From Methanosarcinales archaeon (lineage in GTDB: Archaea > Halobacteriota > Syntropharchaeia > Alkanophagales > Methanospirareceae): a stretch of DNA of 46,927 bases. The notes under the pieces are model-generated. The model searched no databases, was not told the DNA's origin, and was given only the letters and a program-made list of their open reading frames with translations. Positions 10,007 through 19,144 of this stretch are shown here, piece after piece. The DNA lies in contig JAODGL010000092.1 of the NCBI GenBank assembly GCA_025464585.1, forward strand, positions 1 through 46,927, written 5' to 3'. How positions within the stretch are numbered: the first letter of the stretch is position 1; the number at the start of each line of letters is the position of its first letter. The translations under genes were made by a program, and so were the position numbers.

Positions 10007-11212
10007 TTAACGTTCTGACTTCATCAATTTATTGATGCTCCCTGTAATTGCCTTGCCAATTCTATCGCCGTGTTTGGCGAAGCCCGAACCCACGATTGAA
10101 AGAATGATTACATAAGCAACGATGAGCGAAACCAATAGCTCATAATTGCCCGTTCGCGTTCCGATTACCACAGCCAGCAGCACAATTGAAAACTCGCCCC
10201 TTGGCGTTGTATATGCCCCGACTCTTAACCCTGTTTCCAGCGAGCCGTGCAGTCGCTTTCCAATAAGTGCGCCGCTGATAAACTTCCCAGAGACAGACAG
10301 AGTTATGAGCGCGAAGAGTACGAGGATAAAATATGCTGAGAACAATGTTGCAAATTGGAATTGGAACATCATACCAAAGGAGAAGAAGAAAATGGTGAGG
10401 AACAAGTTCTTAAATGAAATGGTGGCTTCAAAGAGCTTCCTGGAGGACTTGACACCTGAGAGTGCAGAACCGAGGAAAAATGCAATAATCACTTCAGAGA
10501 TATGGCAAGGTAGCAAAATACTTAAGAGGTATGCGATTGCCGAAAATCCGAATATTAGTGCGAAAATAAGCAGTATCGGTATTTCATCGTCTCGCTCAAA
10601 TAGAGGTGAGATGAAGTTGCTCAGCCTTTTGATGAGAATAAAGGTGAATACAATGAGCAGCAAAGTCGTGGCTAAGCACACGGGAATCATGGCGAGGCTG
10701 CCAGCCATAATGGAAGTCAGCACCACGAGCAGGATTGCCAGTATTATGTCCTCGAAGACCATCAGCCACACCACAGTCTCTGCTTCCGGGTATATCAACC
10801 TCTTGTTCTCTATCAGCGAGGAGATGACTATTGCAGAACTGCTGATATAAACTGCGGATGCGAGTATAAACGTCTCTATCAGGCTCATGCCAATGAGGAG
10901 CCCCAGCGCAAATCCCGCGATGAAGTTCACTCCGAAGTCCGTGCAACCCGCAAATAACCTCCCCGGCTCTTTTATGCCCTTGAAATTGAACTCATACCCT
11001 ATATAGAACATCAGGAGGATTACACCGACCCTACCCAGCCACTGGATGAACTCGTATGACGCTTCAGAAGATATTAAGTCGAAGCCGCTCTTTCCGAGAA
11101 TTATTCCTGCAATTATGTACGCAGGAATCGCGGTTTGCCTCAGATATTTCGATGCCAGTCCAAGAACCAAGCAAGAGACCGTTACACTAGCTAAGTCCAC
11201 CAGAAAGGTCAT
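10007..11212 (-). CDS. CPA2-family cation:proton antiporter (KhtU-like)
   Basis: Multi-TM protein with PAYIIAGIILG, ISSSAI, FEDI, FFFSFG and PRGEFSIV motifs. Confidence 0.9.
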   Translation of the reverse strand: MTFLVDLASVTVSCLVLGLASKYLRQTAIPAYIIAGIILGKSGFDLISSEASYEFIQWLGRVGVILLMFYIGYEFNFKGIKEPGRLFAGCTDFGVNFIAGFALGLLIGMSLIETFILASAVYISSSAIVISSLIENKRLIYPEAETVVWLMVFEDIILAILLVVLTSIMAGSLAMIPVCLATTLLLIVFTFILIKRLSNFISPLFERDDEIPILLIFALIFGFSAIAYLLSILLPCHISEVIIAFFLGSALSGVKSSRKLFEATISFKNLFLTIFFFSFGMMFQFQFATLFSAYFILVLFALITLSVSGKFISGALIGKRLHGSLETGLRVGAYTTPRGEFSIVLLAVVIGTRTGNYELLVSLIVAYVIILSIVGSGFAKHGDRIGKAITGSINKLMKSER

Positions 11213-11216
11213 CTAT

Positions 11217-11699
11217 CTAAACCTGTCCCAGAATCTCCCTCGCACATGCCTTTATTTGCTCTCGCTCACCCAGTGCCACTATCAGGTCTCCCTCTTCGAA
11301 GACCGTTTCCGGTGGCGGACTGATGATACTCTGCCCCTTTCTCGATAGAGCTATTATCGTGACGCCTGTCCTCTTTCTGATTGCCAAATCCTCGATGCTC
11401 TTTCCTACCATACCCTTTGTTACCGGACACACATGGATGTTTATTCTGAGGTCAGAAATATCGGAGAACGAGACCTCAACGTCCTCATGCTCTATTGTGA
11501 GTAACGCTCCGGTCAGAACGCTGCCGACACGTCGTGCTTCCTCCGGGGTCAGTCTTGTAACCGAGGGCTTCTCAGCTCCGGCTTCTAAAACATACAGTTC
11601 TATCTCACCGGTCGTTAAAAATATGACCGCTACTTTATCCCCTTTGGGACTTTCTATCTCATACTTCGTGCCTATTTCCGGAAGTTCAGAGATTCGCAT
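11217..11699 (-). CDS. KhtT-like antiporter regulatory subunit with RCK-C/TrkA-C domain
   Basis: ELPEIGTKY N-terminus; GKSIEDLAIRKRTGVTIIAL..PPPETVFEEGD; adjacent to the CPA2 gene. Confidence 0.88.
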   Translation of the reverse strand: MRISELPEIGTKYEIESPKGDKVAVIFLTTGEIELYVLEAGAEKPSVTRLTPEEARRVGSVLTGALLTIEHEDVEVSFSDISDLRINIHVCPVTKGMVGKSIEDLAIRKRTGVTIIALSRKGQSIISPPPETVFEEGDLIVALGEREQIKACAREILGQV

Positions 11700-11798
11700 T
11701 TATAACACCTGTTTTTATTTAAATATCATGGGCAAAGGATATATTTTTAAGTTAACAGTTATATTTAGTGAAAAAGAGGGTTTGCATCAAGAATAAAA

Positions 11799-13034
11799 AT
11801 GACGAAGAACACGATATACATCATTGACGTCACGAACAGGGATGGAGTGCAGACATCGAGATTGGGATTGGCGAAGTTAGAGAAGACGTTGCTGAACCTT
11901 TACCTGGATGAGGCAGGCATCTTCCAGAGTGAATTCGGTTTTCCGGTCACGAGACACGAAACGAACTATTTGAATGCTAATCTGGCGTTAGCCGAGATAG
12001 GAGCTCTGAAACGCATTCGCCTCAGCGGGTGGTTGAGAGCAATAAAGGGAGATGTAGAAGAAGCTTTTCGATTGGTGCCGAAACTGAAACACGTTAATTT
12101 GAGTATATCCACCTCCAAACAGATGATAGAGGGCAAATTCATGGGCAAATTCAACTGGGAGGACATAATAAAAGAGATGTGTGAGGCGGTTGATGCAGCG
12201 AGAGCATACGGAGCAGAGACTATTGGTGTCAATGCAGAAGATGCTTCGAGAACAGAACTTGAACGGCTGATAGAATTTGCCAAAGCAGCAAAACAGCATG
12301 GAGCAGACCGGATAAGATACTGTGACACACTCGGTTATGACGACCCGTTCACCATCTATGAGCGAGTAAAAAAACTCGCGGAGGCGGTGTGTATTCCCAT
12401 CGAACTGCACTGCCATAATGATTTAGGGATGGCGGTTGCATGCTCAGTTGCAGGAGCAAAAGCAGCAATAGACGTAGGTGTTGACACGTACATCAACACT
12501 ACGATTAACGGAATGGGCGAGCGAGCCGGCAATGCAGACCTGGTCTCCACAATACTTGCGATAAAGAAAGCGAGTGGTTTTAAAGACAAATACCAATTAC
12601 AGGATATTGATTTAAGCCAGGCGTGGAAGATATGCAAATACGCTTCTCTCTCTTTTAGAGTCCCTATTCCAGTAAACCAGCCTGCGATCGGTGATAACGC
12701 CTTTGCGCATGAATCCGGAATACACGCTGACGGCACGTTGAAGGACAGCAGAAATTATGAACTGTATGATTATACCGAGGTCGGCAGGGGACATATCGAG
12801 CAGATTGAGACTGGCAGGCTGATAACAACGGGTGAATACTCGGGAATAAAAGGGTTCAAGAACGTGGCAGGAAAATATAAGCTGAAATTTCGCGATGATG
12901 CAGAAGCTCGTAAGATATTGGAACTCGTTAGGTATGCGAACGTACACACGCAGAAGCCAGTTACTGAGGACGAGATGAAGTTCATTGCAAAATATCCTGA
13001 ATATGCAAGGAGAATTATGTCGGTAGAACCATAA
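11799..13034 (+). CDS. DRE-TIM metallolyase (homocitrate synthase-like), probably Re-citrate synthase
   Basis: DVTNRDGVQ, AEDASRT, YCDTLG, HCHNDLGMA, GERAGNA and AHESGIH motifs, no LeuA regulatory domain. Recalled resemblance to the Dehalococcoides Re-citrate synthase. Confidence 0.75.
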   Translation: MTKNTIYIIDVTNRDGVQTSRLGLAKLEKTLLNLYLDEAGIFQSEFGFPVTRHETNYLNANLALAEIGALKRIRLSGWLRAIKGDVEEAFRLVPKLKHVNLSISTSKQMIEGKFMGKFNWEDIIKEMCEAVDAARAYGAETIGVNAEDASRTELERLIEFAKAAKQHGADRIRYCDTLGYDDPFTIYERVKKLAEAVCIPIELHCHNDLGMAVACSVAGAKAAIDVGVDTYINTTINGMGERAGNADLVSTILAIKKASGFKDKYQLQDIDLSQAWKICKYASLSFRVPIPVNQPAIGDNAFAHESGIHADGTLKDSRNYELYDYTEVGRGHIEQIETGRLITTGEYSGIKGFKNVAGKYKLKFRDDAEARKILELVRYANVHTQKPVTEDEMKFIAKYPEYARRIMSVEP

Positions 13035-13040
13035 ACGAAT

Positions 13041-14084
13041 ATGCCCAGGTACAACATCAACTGGAACATTACGCGCGAGTGTAATCTGCGCTGTAAACAC
13101 TGCTACTACGAAGCAGGCACGTCGTTAGAGGATGAGCTCAGCACAGATGAATCCCTTGCACTCATAGACGAAATAGCGAACGTATTTGGCGACAAAGCGA
13201 GCATCACATTTGGCGGTGGAGAAGCATTACTGAGAAAGGACTTATTTGACCTCCTTTCTTATGGTAAAGAGCGAGGTTTGCACCTCGTGCTCGCATCAAA
13301 CGGAACATTGCTCAACGAAGAAGTCGCTGCTCGTTTAAAAAACGTGGGTGTCGAAGATGTCATAATACCAATTGACGGCACTCAAAAGACACATGACGCA
13401 ATAAGAGGAGAAGGCGTCTTTGAGAAGGCGACCAAAAGCGCAAGAGCGGTTAGAAATGCGGGATTGAGCCTGGTGATTGACCCCTGTATAATGAAACAGA
13501 ACGAAGGAGAGATTGGGAAGATTATTGACATAGCTGAGAATCTGGGTGCGAGGCAGTGCAGGTTCTTTCATTACGTCTCGATGGGCAGGGGAAAGGAAGT
13601 AATGCCAGATAGTGAACTCGGCAGTGTCCAATACGCAGAAAACATGATGCAGCTATATGAAGAACAGAACAAAAGAAGAGCACTCGAAATCTGCACGACT
13701 CAGGCATGCCAGTACTGGGTGGTACTGAAAAGGAAAGAAGAAGAAGGGCTCTTCGTTCCCGATTTCTTTTATACCGAGACTCCCGGCTGTCGAGCTGCTA
13801 TCGGTATGCTTTCTATCAAGCCGAATGGCGATGTCGTGCCGTGTCCGCTGTTAGAAGTAAAAGCAGGAAATGTCCGTGAGATGAGTCTTCGTGAGTTACT
13901 GAACTCGAAAGTCTTTCTTGAACTGAGAAATCGTGAGGTGAAGGGCAAGTGTGCAGAGTGCAAATATAAAGATATTTGTGGTGGATGCCGTGTAAGGGCA
14001 TATCTCCATTCCGGCGATTATATGGCAGAAGACCCTTTATGCAGCGAGTTCTTTTTTGAAAGAGCATTCTTGAATAGCGAATAG
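13041..14084 (+). CDS. Radical SAM/SPASM protein (AhbC/AhbD/NirJ-like)
   Basis: CNLRCKHC and GGGE motifs; SPASM cysteines GCRAA..GDVVPC..CAECKYKDICGGCR..DPLC. Confidence 0.85.
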   Translation: MPRYNINWNITRECNLRCKHCYYEAGTSLEDELSTDESLALIDEIANVFGDKASITFGGGEALLRKDLFDLLSYGKERGLHLVLASNGTLLNEEVAARLKNVGVEDVIIPIDGTQKTHDAIRGEGVFEKATKSARAVRNAGLSLVIDPCIMKQNEGEIGKIIDIAENLGARQCRFFHYVSMGRGKEVMPDSELGSVQYAENMMQLYEEQNKRRALEICTTQACQYWVVLKRKEEEGLFVPDFFYTETPGCRAAIGMLSIKPNGDVVPCPLLEVKAGNVREMSLRELLNSKVFLELRNREVKGKCAECKYKDICGGCRVRAYLHSGDYMAEDPLCSEFFFERAFLNSE

Positions 14085-14088
14085 CGTA

Positions 14089-14125
14089 ACTTATATATTT
14101 AAATACTCCGAAATTTAATAACTCA
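14089..14125 (+). promoter_or_regulatory. Putative TATA-box promoter region of the tubulin-like operon
   Basis: TTATATATTTAAA and CCGAAA-TTTAATAA upstream of the GAGGT RBS and ATG at 14164. Confidence 0.45.
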
Positions 14126-14163
14126 TAGAAATAAATATTTTAAAAGAGAGAGAGGTATCAGAT

Positions 14164-14604
14164 ATGGAACCCTCGAGCATAGGGATATTGATTATTGCTA
14201 TATTGCTAATCATAGAAGTAGTGGTGATGCTGACAAAGTTAAAAGTGGACAAGATGCTTCTTCTTATGCCCGTCATCGGTGTAATATTCGCCGTTATCTC
14301 CTTTGCGTTGAATGAATACCGGGATAAGATTCTTTCCTCTTTATCTGATTCTGCTTCTTACGCCGTGATATATATTACAATAGCAGTAGGAGTTGTATTT
14401 GGATTATTTGGTGTCTCAGTGTGGTTCAAAGGAGAGAAAGAAGCAAGAAGGCTTGCTTCAGCGGCAAAAAGCATAGATAGCACGGTTGCGGGGATTGAAA
14501 GCGATATAAGAGGGAGCGGGATGGAATTAGAGCATTTTGATGATGAGATGAGCGGTATTAAAAAGAAGGTAGAAGATTACGAATCGAAAGAGAAGGGGGT
14601 ATAA
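14164..14604 (+). CDS. Hypothetical membrane protein: three TM helices plus C-terminal coiled coil
   Basis: Three hydrophobic segments, then heptads LASAAKSIDSTVAGIESDI..LEHFDDEMSGIKKKVEDY; GAGGT RBS. Confidence 0.8.
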   Translation: MEPSSIGILIIAILLIIEVVVMLTKLKVDKMLLLMPVIGVIFAVISFALNEYRDKILSSLSDSASYAVIYITIAVGVVFGLFGVSVWFKGEKEARRLASAAKSIDSTVAGIESDIRGSGMELEHFDDEMSGIKKKVEDYESKEKGV

Positions 14605-14654
14605 ACATGAAAATCAAGGTATTGATCAATTACAGGAGGCATGTTGTTTGAGGT

Positions 14655-17357
14655 ATGGAAAAAGGAGAAGATACGGTAAATCGGATTGTAATTGGCATTG
14701 GGGGGCAGGGAAGTATTATTGTAAATAATATATTGCGAATGCTGAAGTTCAAAACAGGGAAAGTGCCGAAGAACGAGGAGTTCCTGATTATAGATACTGA
14801 CCAGGCATCTGCAAACGCATGCAGCGAAGTAGAAGAGAGAAAAAAGATAATTCTCAACAGACCGGATACGATTTTGATGCGGAACACCAATAGATGGCTT
14901 CCTGACCCTTATCTCTCGGCTGCCGGTGCTGGATGTGGACAACATCGAATATATGGCAGAGCGATGTACAATGTGCATCGAGAGAGGATATTCAGTGCGA
15001 TAGGTTCTTCGGCGTCAGAATTGAGAAACAGAACAGGAGGTAAGGACTTTTTCATTCTGATGGTGTGCGCATTCGGGGGGGGAACGGGGTCGAGTATGCT
15101 CCTCGATGTTGCCATTGACATACGCGATTGGATATCGAAACAGTTTGGGTCTGAGCCGGTGATGTTTGGAATTGGAATTCTACCCTCGAGCAAAGAATCC
15201 GTGCTTCCTACGGGTAATGCCCTCGGTGCGATGAAAGAACTTCATTTCCTTATGTCCCATACTGAAGACATCATAATAGATGACAAGAATTATTCTAATC
15301 CATTCAAATTATTCTTCCTTTTAGGCAGAGACCTTCAAGGGCAGAACCGGGATGAGGAACTGGAAAGGGCGATACCGAGGTTCCTTCTCGACCTCGGATT
15401 CCTGCCTGGTGGAACGGTAGAAACGAAAGGTAAGTGGCTCGACCTCAATGACCTTCAGAACAGAGCGAGGGGTTACGAAAACAGGTTTGATTCCCTTGGT
15501 TACTACGAGTGCGTTTTTCCTACTGAGAAATTGTTTTTGTACTATGATATTGAGGATGAGATACCGCGGGTAAGACAGCGATTGGTAGAGATAGAGGCAA
15601 AAATATCGGATATAAGGGGGAAAATAGACTCACAAAGGGGGGAATTGGAAAGGTTTGAGGGGAGGATAAAGGACGTTCAGCGAGAGATAGATAGTTACGA
15701 ATCGTCAGCAGGAATGTTTTCTCACGTGAATGCTGCTTTAACTGCGGATGCAAAGGCGAAACTGGATAGGGCGAGGAAGAAATTATCTGGCTTGAAGGAG
15801 GAGGTGTACGACCTTGAGATAAGGGCAAGCGACGCAGAGGAGGAGAAAAGACTGGCAGAGCGTAATTTAGAACGTCTTGAAGCGCTTAAGAACAAGCTCT
15901 TCCGGGAGATAACTTCGCCGCTGAACACCAGGAGTTATCACCAGATAGAACTATCAGAAGAGGAGATAAGAAGCTTGAAGCGAAGCAGAGAAGACCTGAA
16001 AAATCTTTCCTTCTTTGAGATTATGAAAAAACTCGACCGTGAAGAAGAGTACTTCCGGTGGACGCATTCACCGATTAATGAAGGCGACATCATATTCAAT
16101 CCGATGGTGAACTACCGTCATTCGATAGGGAATGCCATGGAGTCAAAATATATAGACATCCTTCATGATTACGGATTCCTGTCGCTGGATACACAGGGGA
16201 ACGTGGTGAACGAGGAGGAGAAGTTCGGGCACTTCATCGCGGTGTTGAGCACAAGGGCGGACAATTTTGATGACGCGAGGCTTGGCGGGGGGGCATTTAA
16301 GAGCATGGTGACAGAAAGATTTACAAAGGATGCAGACGTCCTGAAACTGGATACACCAGCACGTGCACACAGCTTTGCCATGTACACGCTTATGATTGGC
16401 GTTCAACCATGGGCGCCTGGTCCGGGTCTTCCGCCACGACTGCGTGAATTGGAATGGCTTGAGCGTGCGTATAATGCGAGCGATTTCTCTAAACTGCCGC
16501 GGCACCATTCCCTTTTCTACGGAACCCCAAAGCCATTCTCAATCATCACTGGGATACCATACATACCGGGTGCAGAGGAAAAAAACAGGGATATGGTAAC
16601 GAATTACTGGAAGGATTACGAGATAATTGAGCCTGAAGCAATATGGAACAATGTCCCCATCGTGCTTGCACAGTGTCTGAAGATGTTCGATGATTTACTA
16701 ACGGGTCTGGATATGGCAGAGGACATAAAAAATGTCCGAATCCCGGACCCGGATAGCTACTCAATAGCAAATCTTACAATGCTGGTTCACGGGCTTGAAA
16801 ACGCGAGTAAAAGCATGGCAAAGGTGACGCGATGGACCAGAGAGGCAGAGAGAGGATTTACGCTATTGAAAAACGAGCTTGATGAATTGATATTTAAATT
16901 AAAAGGGATGGAGGGGGTACCATCAAAAGATAAAGCAGCGAAAATGTTGAGGATGATAGATGACTCATCAAGAAATATGGAGATATTGCTTGACCGGATT
17001 GAAGACCTATCGAACAGGTTTGGTAATGATATAAAATCAGTCATAGAAAAAGCGATGGTTTTCTTAGGCAGAATACCTTCTGAAGAGACCACCTCAAGCG
17101 TGATAAGACATCTAACGAAGGCAGAATCAGAGATTTCGAAGCTAAGAGAAGACAGTATGAAGGCGGCAAAGGGGATAAAAGAGATGGGCGGACCACTCGC
17201 AGCGATGTTATCCTCGCTGAAAGAATTGAAAAAGATAACGGAATCAGGTGAATCAGAAGCTGAGGCAGAAGCTGGTGCGGAGAGGAAAGAGAAGATGAAG
17301 AATGTGGAGCTGCCTGATTTATCACTGAATATTGGAAGGGGAGAAGAAGGAGAATGA
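14655..17357 (+). CDS. Divergent tubulin/FtsZ-superfamily GTPase with long coiled-coil regions (900 aa)
   Basis: GIGGQG (aa14-19), IIDTD, GAGCGQ-RIYGR, GGGTGS (aa141-146, nt 15075-15092), GILP, GNA and DLNDL (aa263-267). Heptad-rich at aa~299-419 and ~680-870. Confidence 0.85.
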   Translation: MEKGEDTVNRIVIGIGGQGSIIVNNILRMLKFKTGKVPKNEEFLIIDTDQASANACSEVEERKKIILNRPDTILMRNTNRWLPDPYLSAAGAGCGQHRIYGRAMYNVHRERIFSAIGSSASELRNRTGGKDFFILMVCAFGGGTGSSMLLDVAIDIRDWISKQFGSEPVMFGIGILPSSKESVLPTGNALGAMKELHFLMSHTEDIIIDDKNYSNPFKLFFLLGRDLQGQNRDEELERAIPRFLLDLGFLPGGTVETKGKWLDLNDLQNRARGYENRFDSLGYYECVFPTEKLFLYYDIEDEIPRVRQRLVEIEAKISDIRGKIDSQRGELERFEGRIKDVQREIDSYESSAGMFSHVNAALTADAKAKLDRARKKLSGLKEEVYDLEIRASDAEEEKRLAERNLERLEALKNKLFREITSPLNTRSYHQIELSEEEIRSLKRSREDLKNLSFFEIMKKLDREEEYFRWTHSPINEGDIIFNPMVNYRHSIGNAMESKYIDILHDYGFLSLDTQGNVVNEEEKFGHFIAVLSTRADNFDDARLGGGAFKSMVTERFTKDADVLKLDTPARAHSFAMYTLMIGVQPWAPGPGLPPRLRELEWLERAYNASDFSKLPRHHSLFYGTPKPFSIITGIPYIPGAEEKNRDMVTNYWKDYEIIEPEAIWNNVPIVLAQCLKMFDDLLTGLDMAEDIKNVRIPDPDSYSIANLTMLVHGLENASKSMAKVTRWTREAERGFTLLKNELDELIFKLKGMEGVPSKDKAAKMLRMIDDSSRNMEILLDRIEDLSNRFGNDIKSVIEKAMVFLGRIPSEETTSSVIRHLTKAESEISKLREDSMKAAKGIKEMGGPLAAMLSSLKELKKITESGESEAEAEAGAERKEKMKNVELPDLSLNIGRGEEGE

Positions 17358-18409
17358 GACGTTTATTTTATGCTTCACTTGTTGTTCTGGTACTCGCACT
17401 ATTAATTTTATCCGCAGGAATTGCATCAGCTCAGCAGGATGTGCTGAGGCTGAATGCAGACAAATCATATGTCATCAATTTAGATACCGGTGGTACTAAG
17501 ACATACTATATAGATTTTTTGAATACCGACCAATTTGAGGGCCATAAACTCGAATTCACCATTTATGTGAACAAGGTCGAGAAGGCATATATTCCGGATG
17601 AATATGTGTTGAAACTGGAGACAAACATGGAGAATCCGGAATGGAAGTTCGGTGATGAGATTCTCTCTGCGGCAGAGTGGATAGTGTGGAAGGGGAAGGA
17701 GGAGCATGAGTATGAGCGCATGACAATCTTAGTAACAGGGGAGGTCCCAAAGCCAATAATTCCGGTAGAAGAGCCGGGATTCGAGGCATACAAAGAAACA
17801 AAAGGAATTGGAAAGCGAGAAGTGTATGTCAAATTAACGGTGGGAACGACGAAGGATGGAGCGACATTAGAGAGGATTATACAGCCGTTGGAGCCTTCAA
17901 TGAAGTTCTTCTCGACGAGTGAAGGGATTCAGGATGCGAAGACCGAAATGGATAAAAATTTGGAAGAGGCAAGGGGTAAGATTGGTGGAACCGATTTGGA
18001 AGAGGATATACGCAAGCTCTATGAAGGAGGGCATCCGGGTTGGGCATCAAAGTTATCAGAACATTATAAGGAGCTATCTGTCGCGGCTGAGCCGCCTCCT
18101 ATCACTCTTTATGTCATCCTGTCGGTGATATTAGGTTTGATACTGGGTTCGGCATTCGTATATGTGTATGTATCAAGAGGAGGAGGAAAAGGAGTGGACG
18201 TGAGTCAGATTTCAGCGGAGTTGGATGAGACTTCGGGTCGAATAGAGGAGAAATCGAGTTCAATCAATGCAATATCAACGCGGTTTGCGAGGAGTGAGGA
18301 TGAAGAGAAGAGGGGTGTTGCAAGAGAGCTGATACGGATAAGGGCGAGTTTGAATGAGATTTCGAATGAGATAAGGACGATTGCAGATAGGATTAAGGGT
18401 TCACGGTAA
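17354..18409 (+). CDS. Single-pass membrane protein: signal peptide, ectodomain, TM helix, cytoplasmic helical hairpin
   Basis: MRR + hydrophobic stretch + ASA|QQ cleavage site; TM ITLYVILSVILGLILGSAFVYVYV; heptad C-tail. ATGA overlap with the tubulin-like gene. Confidence 0.85.
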   Translation: MRRLFYASLVVLVLALLILSAGIASAQQDVLRLNADKSYVINLDTGGTKTYYIDFLNTDQFEGHKLEFTIYVNKVEKAYIPDEYVLKLETNMENPEWKFGDEILSAAEWIVWKGKEEHEYERMTILVTGEVPKPIIPVEEPGFEAYKETKGIGKREVYVKLTVGTTKDGATLERIIQPLEPSMKFFSTSEGIQDAKTEMDKNLEEARGKIGGTDLEEDIRKLYEGGHPGWASKLSEHYKELSVAAEPPPITLYVILSVILGLILGSAFVYVYVSRGGGKGVDVSQISAELDETSGRIEEKSSSINAISTRFARSEDEEKRGVARELIRIRASLNEISNEIRTIADRIKGSR

Positions 18410-18414
18410 ACCCG

Positions 18415-18620
18415 TTCTGATTTATTGAGTCATTAAAACAGATAAGAGTGGATATAAGAAGCTCTAAAGAAAAATTGGGTAACTTTTAACCCCCGACGAT
18501 AAACTTGATGTTTGTTTGACTGTTCTTAAACAACTAGAATCACAAATTAGAGCGGACTATACAGAATACATCAATGTAGGCGATTATTCAGACCAAGAAT
18601 TTGGCGTTTGGGTCATATAA
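18415..18620 (+). pseudogene. Frameshifted 3' remnant of an unknown gene
   Basis: Manual translation DFIESLKQIRVDIRSSKEKLG / LLTPDDKLDVCLTVLKQLESQIRADYTEYINVGDYSDQEFGVWVI* with one frameshift; the stop lies in ATATAAC. Confidence 0.35.
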
Positions 18621-18632
18621 CACGGAAGGATG

Positions 18633-19091
18633 TCACATAAATTTAAGCTCTATACCTGCCCTCTTCAAATATTCCAACCCTTCCTTATCGCTGTAATCCC
18701 CGGACATCACCACTCTTTTTATCCCTGCATTTATTATCAGCTTTGCGCATATCTTGCAAGGGTATGCGTTCACGTACAGCGTAGCACCTTCAGCATCTCT
18801 ACCCGCCTGTAACAGTGCATTTTGCTCTGCGTGGACACCCACACACTCCTCATGCCTTTCTCCTGATGCGATATTCAATTTATCTCGCCGACATCCAACG
18901 TCAAGGCAATGAGGGAATCCTCTCGGTGCACCGTTATATCCGGTTGATATTATCACCTTATTTTTAACCACCAGGGCACCTATTTGCCTTCTCAGGCATG
19001 TTGAACGTTCCGCCACGTCGCGTACTATATTCATCCAGTATTCGTCCCAGGGTATTCTCTTCGTTTTCTCCTTCTCTTCGCTTGGGTTCAT
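18633..19091 (-). CDS. dCMP deaminase (ComEB-like zinc deaminase)
   Basis: WDEYWM, RSTCLRRQIGA, TGYNGAP, HAEQNA and PCKIC motifs. Confidence 0.92.
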   Translation of the reverse strand: MNPSEEKEKTKRIPWDEYWMNIVRDVAERSTCLRRQIGALVVKNKVIISTGYNGAPRGFPHCLDVGCRRDKLNIASGERHEECVGVHAEQNALLQAGRDAEGATLYVNAYPCKICAKLIINAGIKRVVMSGDYSDKEGLEYLKRAGIELKFM

Positions 19092-19144
19092 TTACGCGTT
19101 TCCAATGTAATAAAAAGTTTTATGATTATGAATGACTTGATATC

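Noticed and set aside
9802..10035. 77-aa plus-strand ORF
   Set aside because: TTG start, no RBS, overlaps the antiporter 3' end and no recognisable family; at most a remnant.
14655..17357. Calling the protein FtsZ, CetZ or an SMC ATPase
   Set aside because: It is about twice the length of FtsZ/CetZ with divergent loops, and has no Walker A or ABC signature for SMC.
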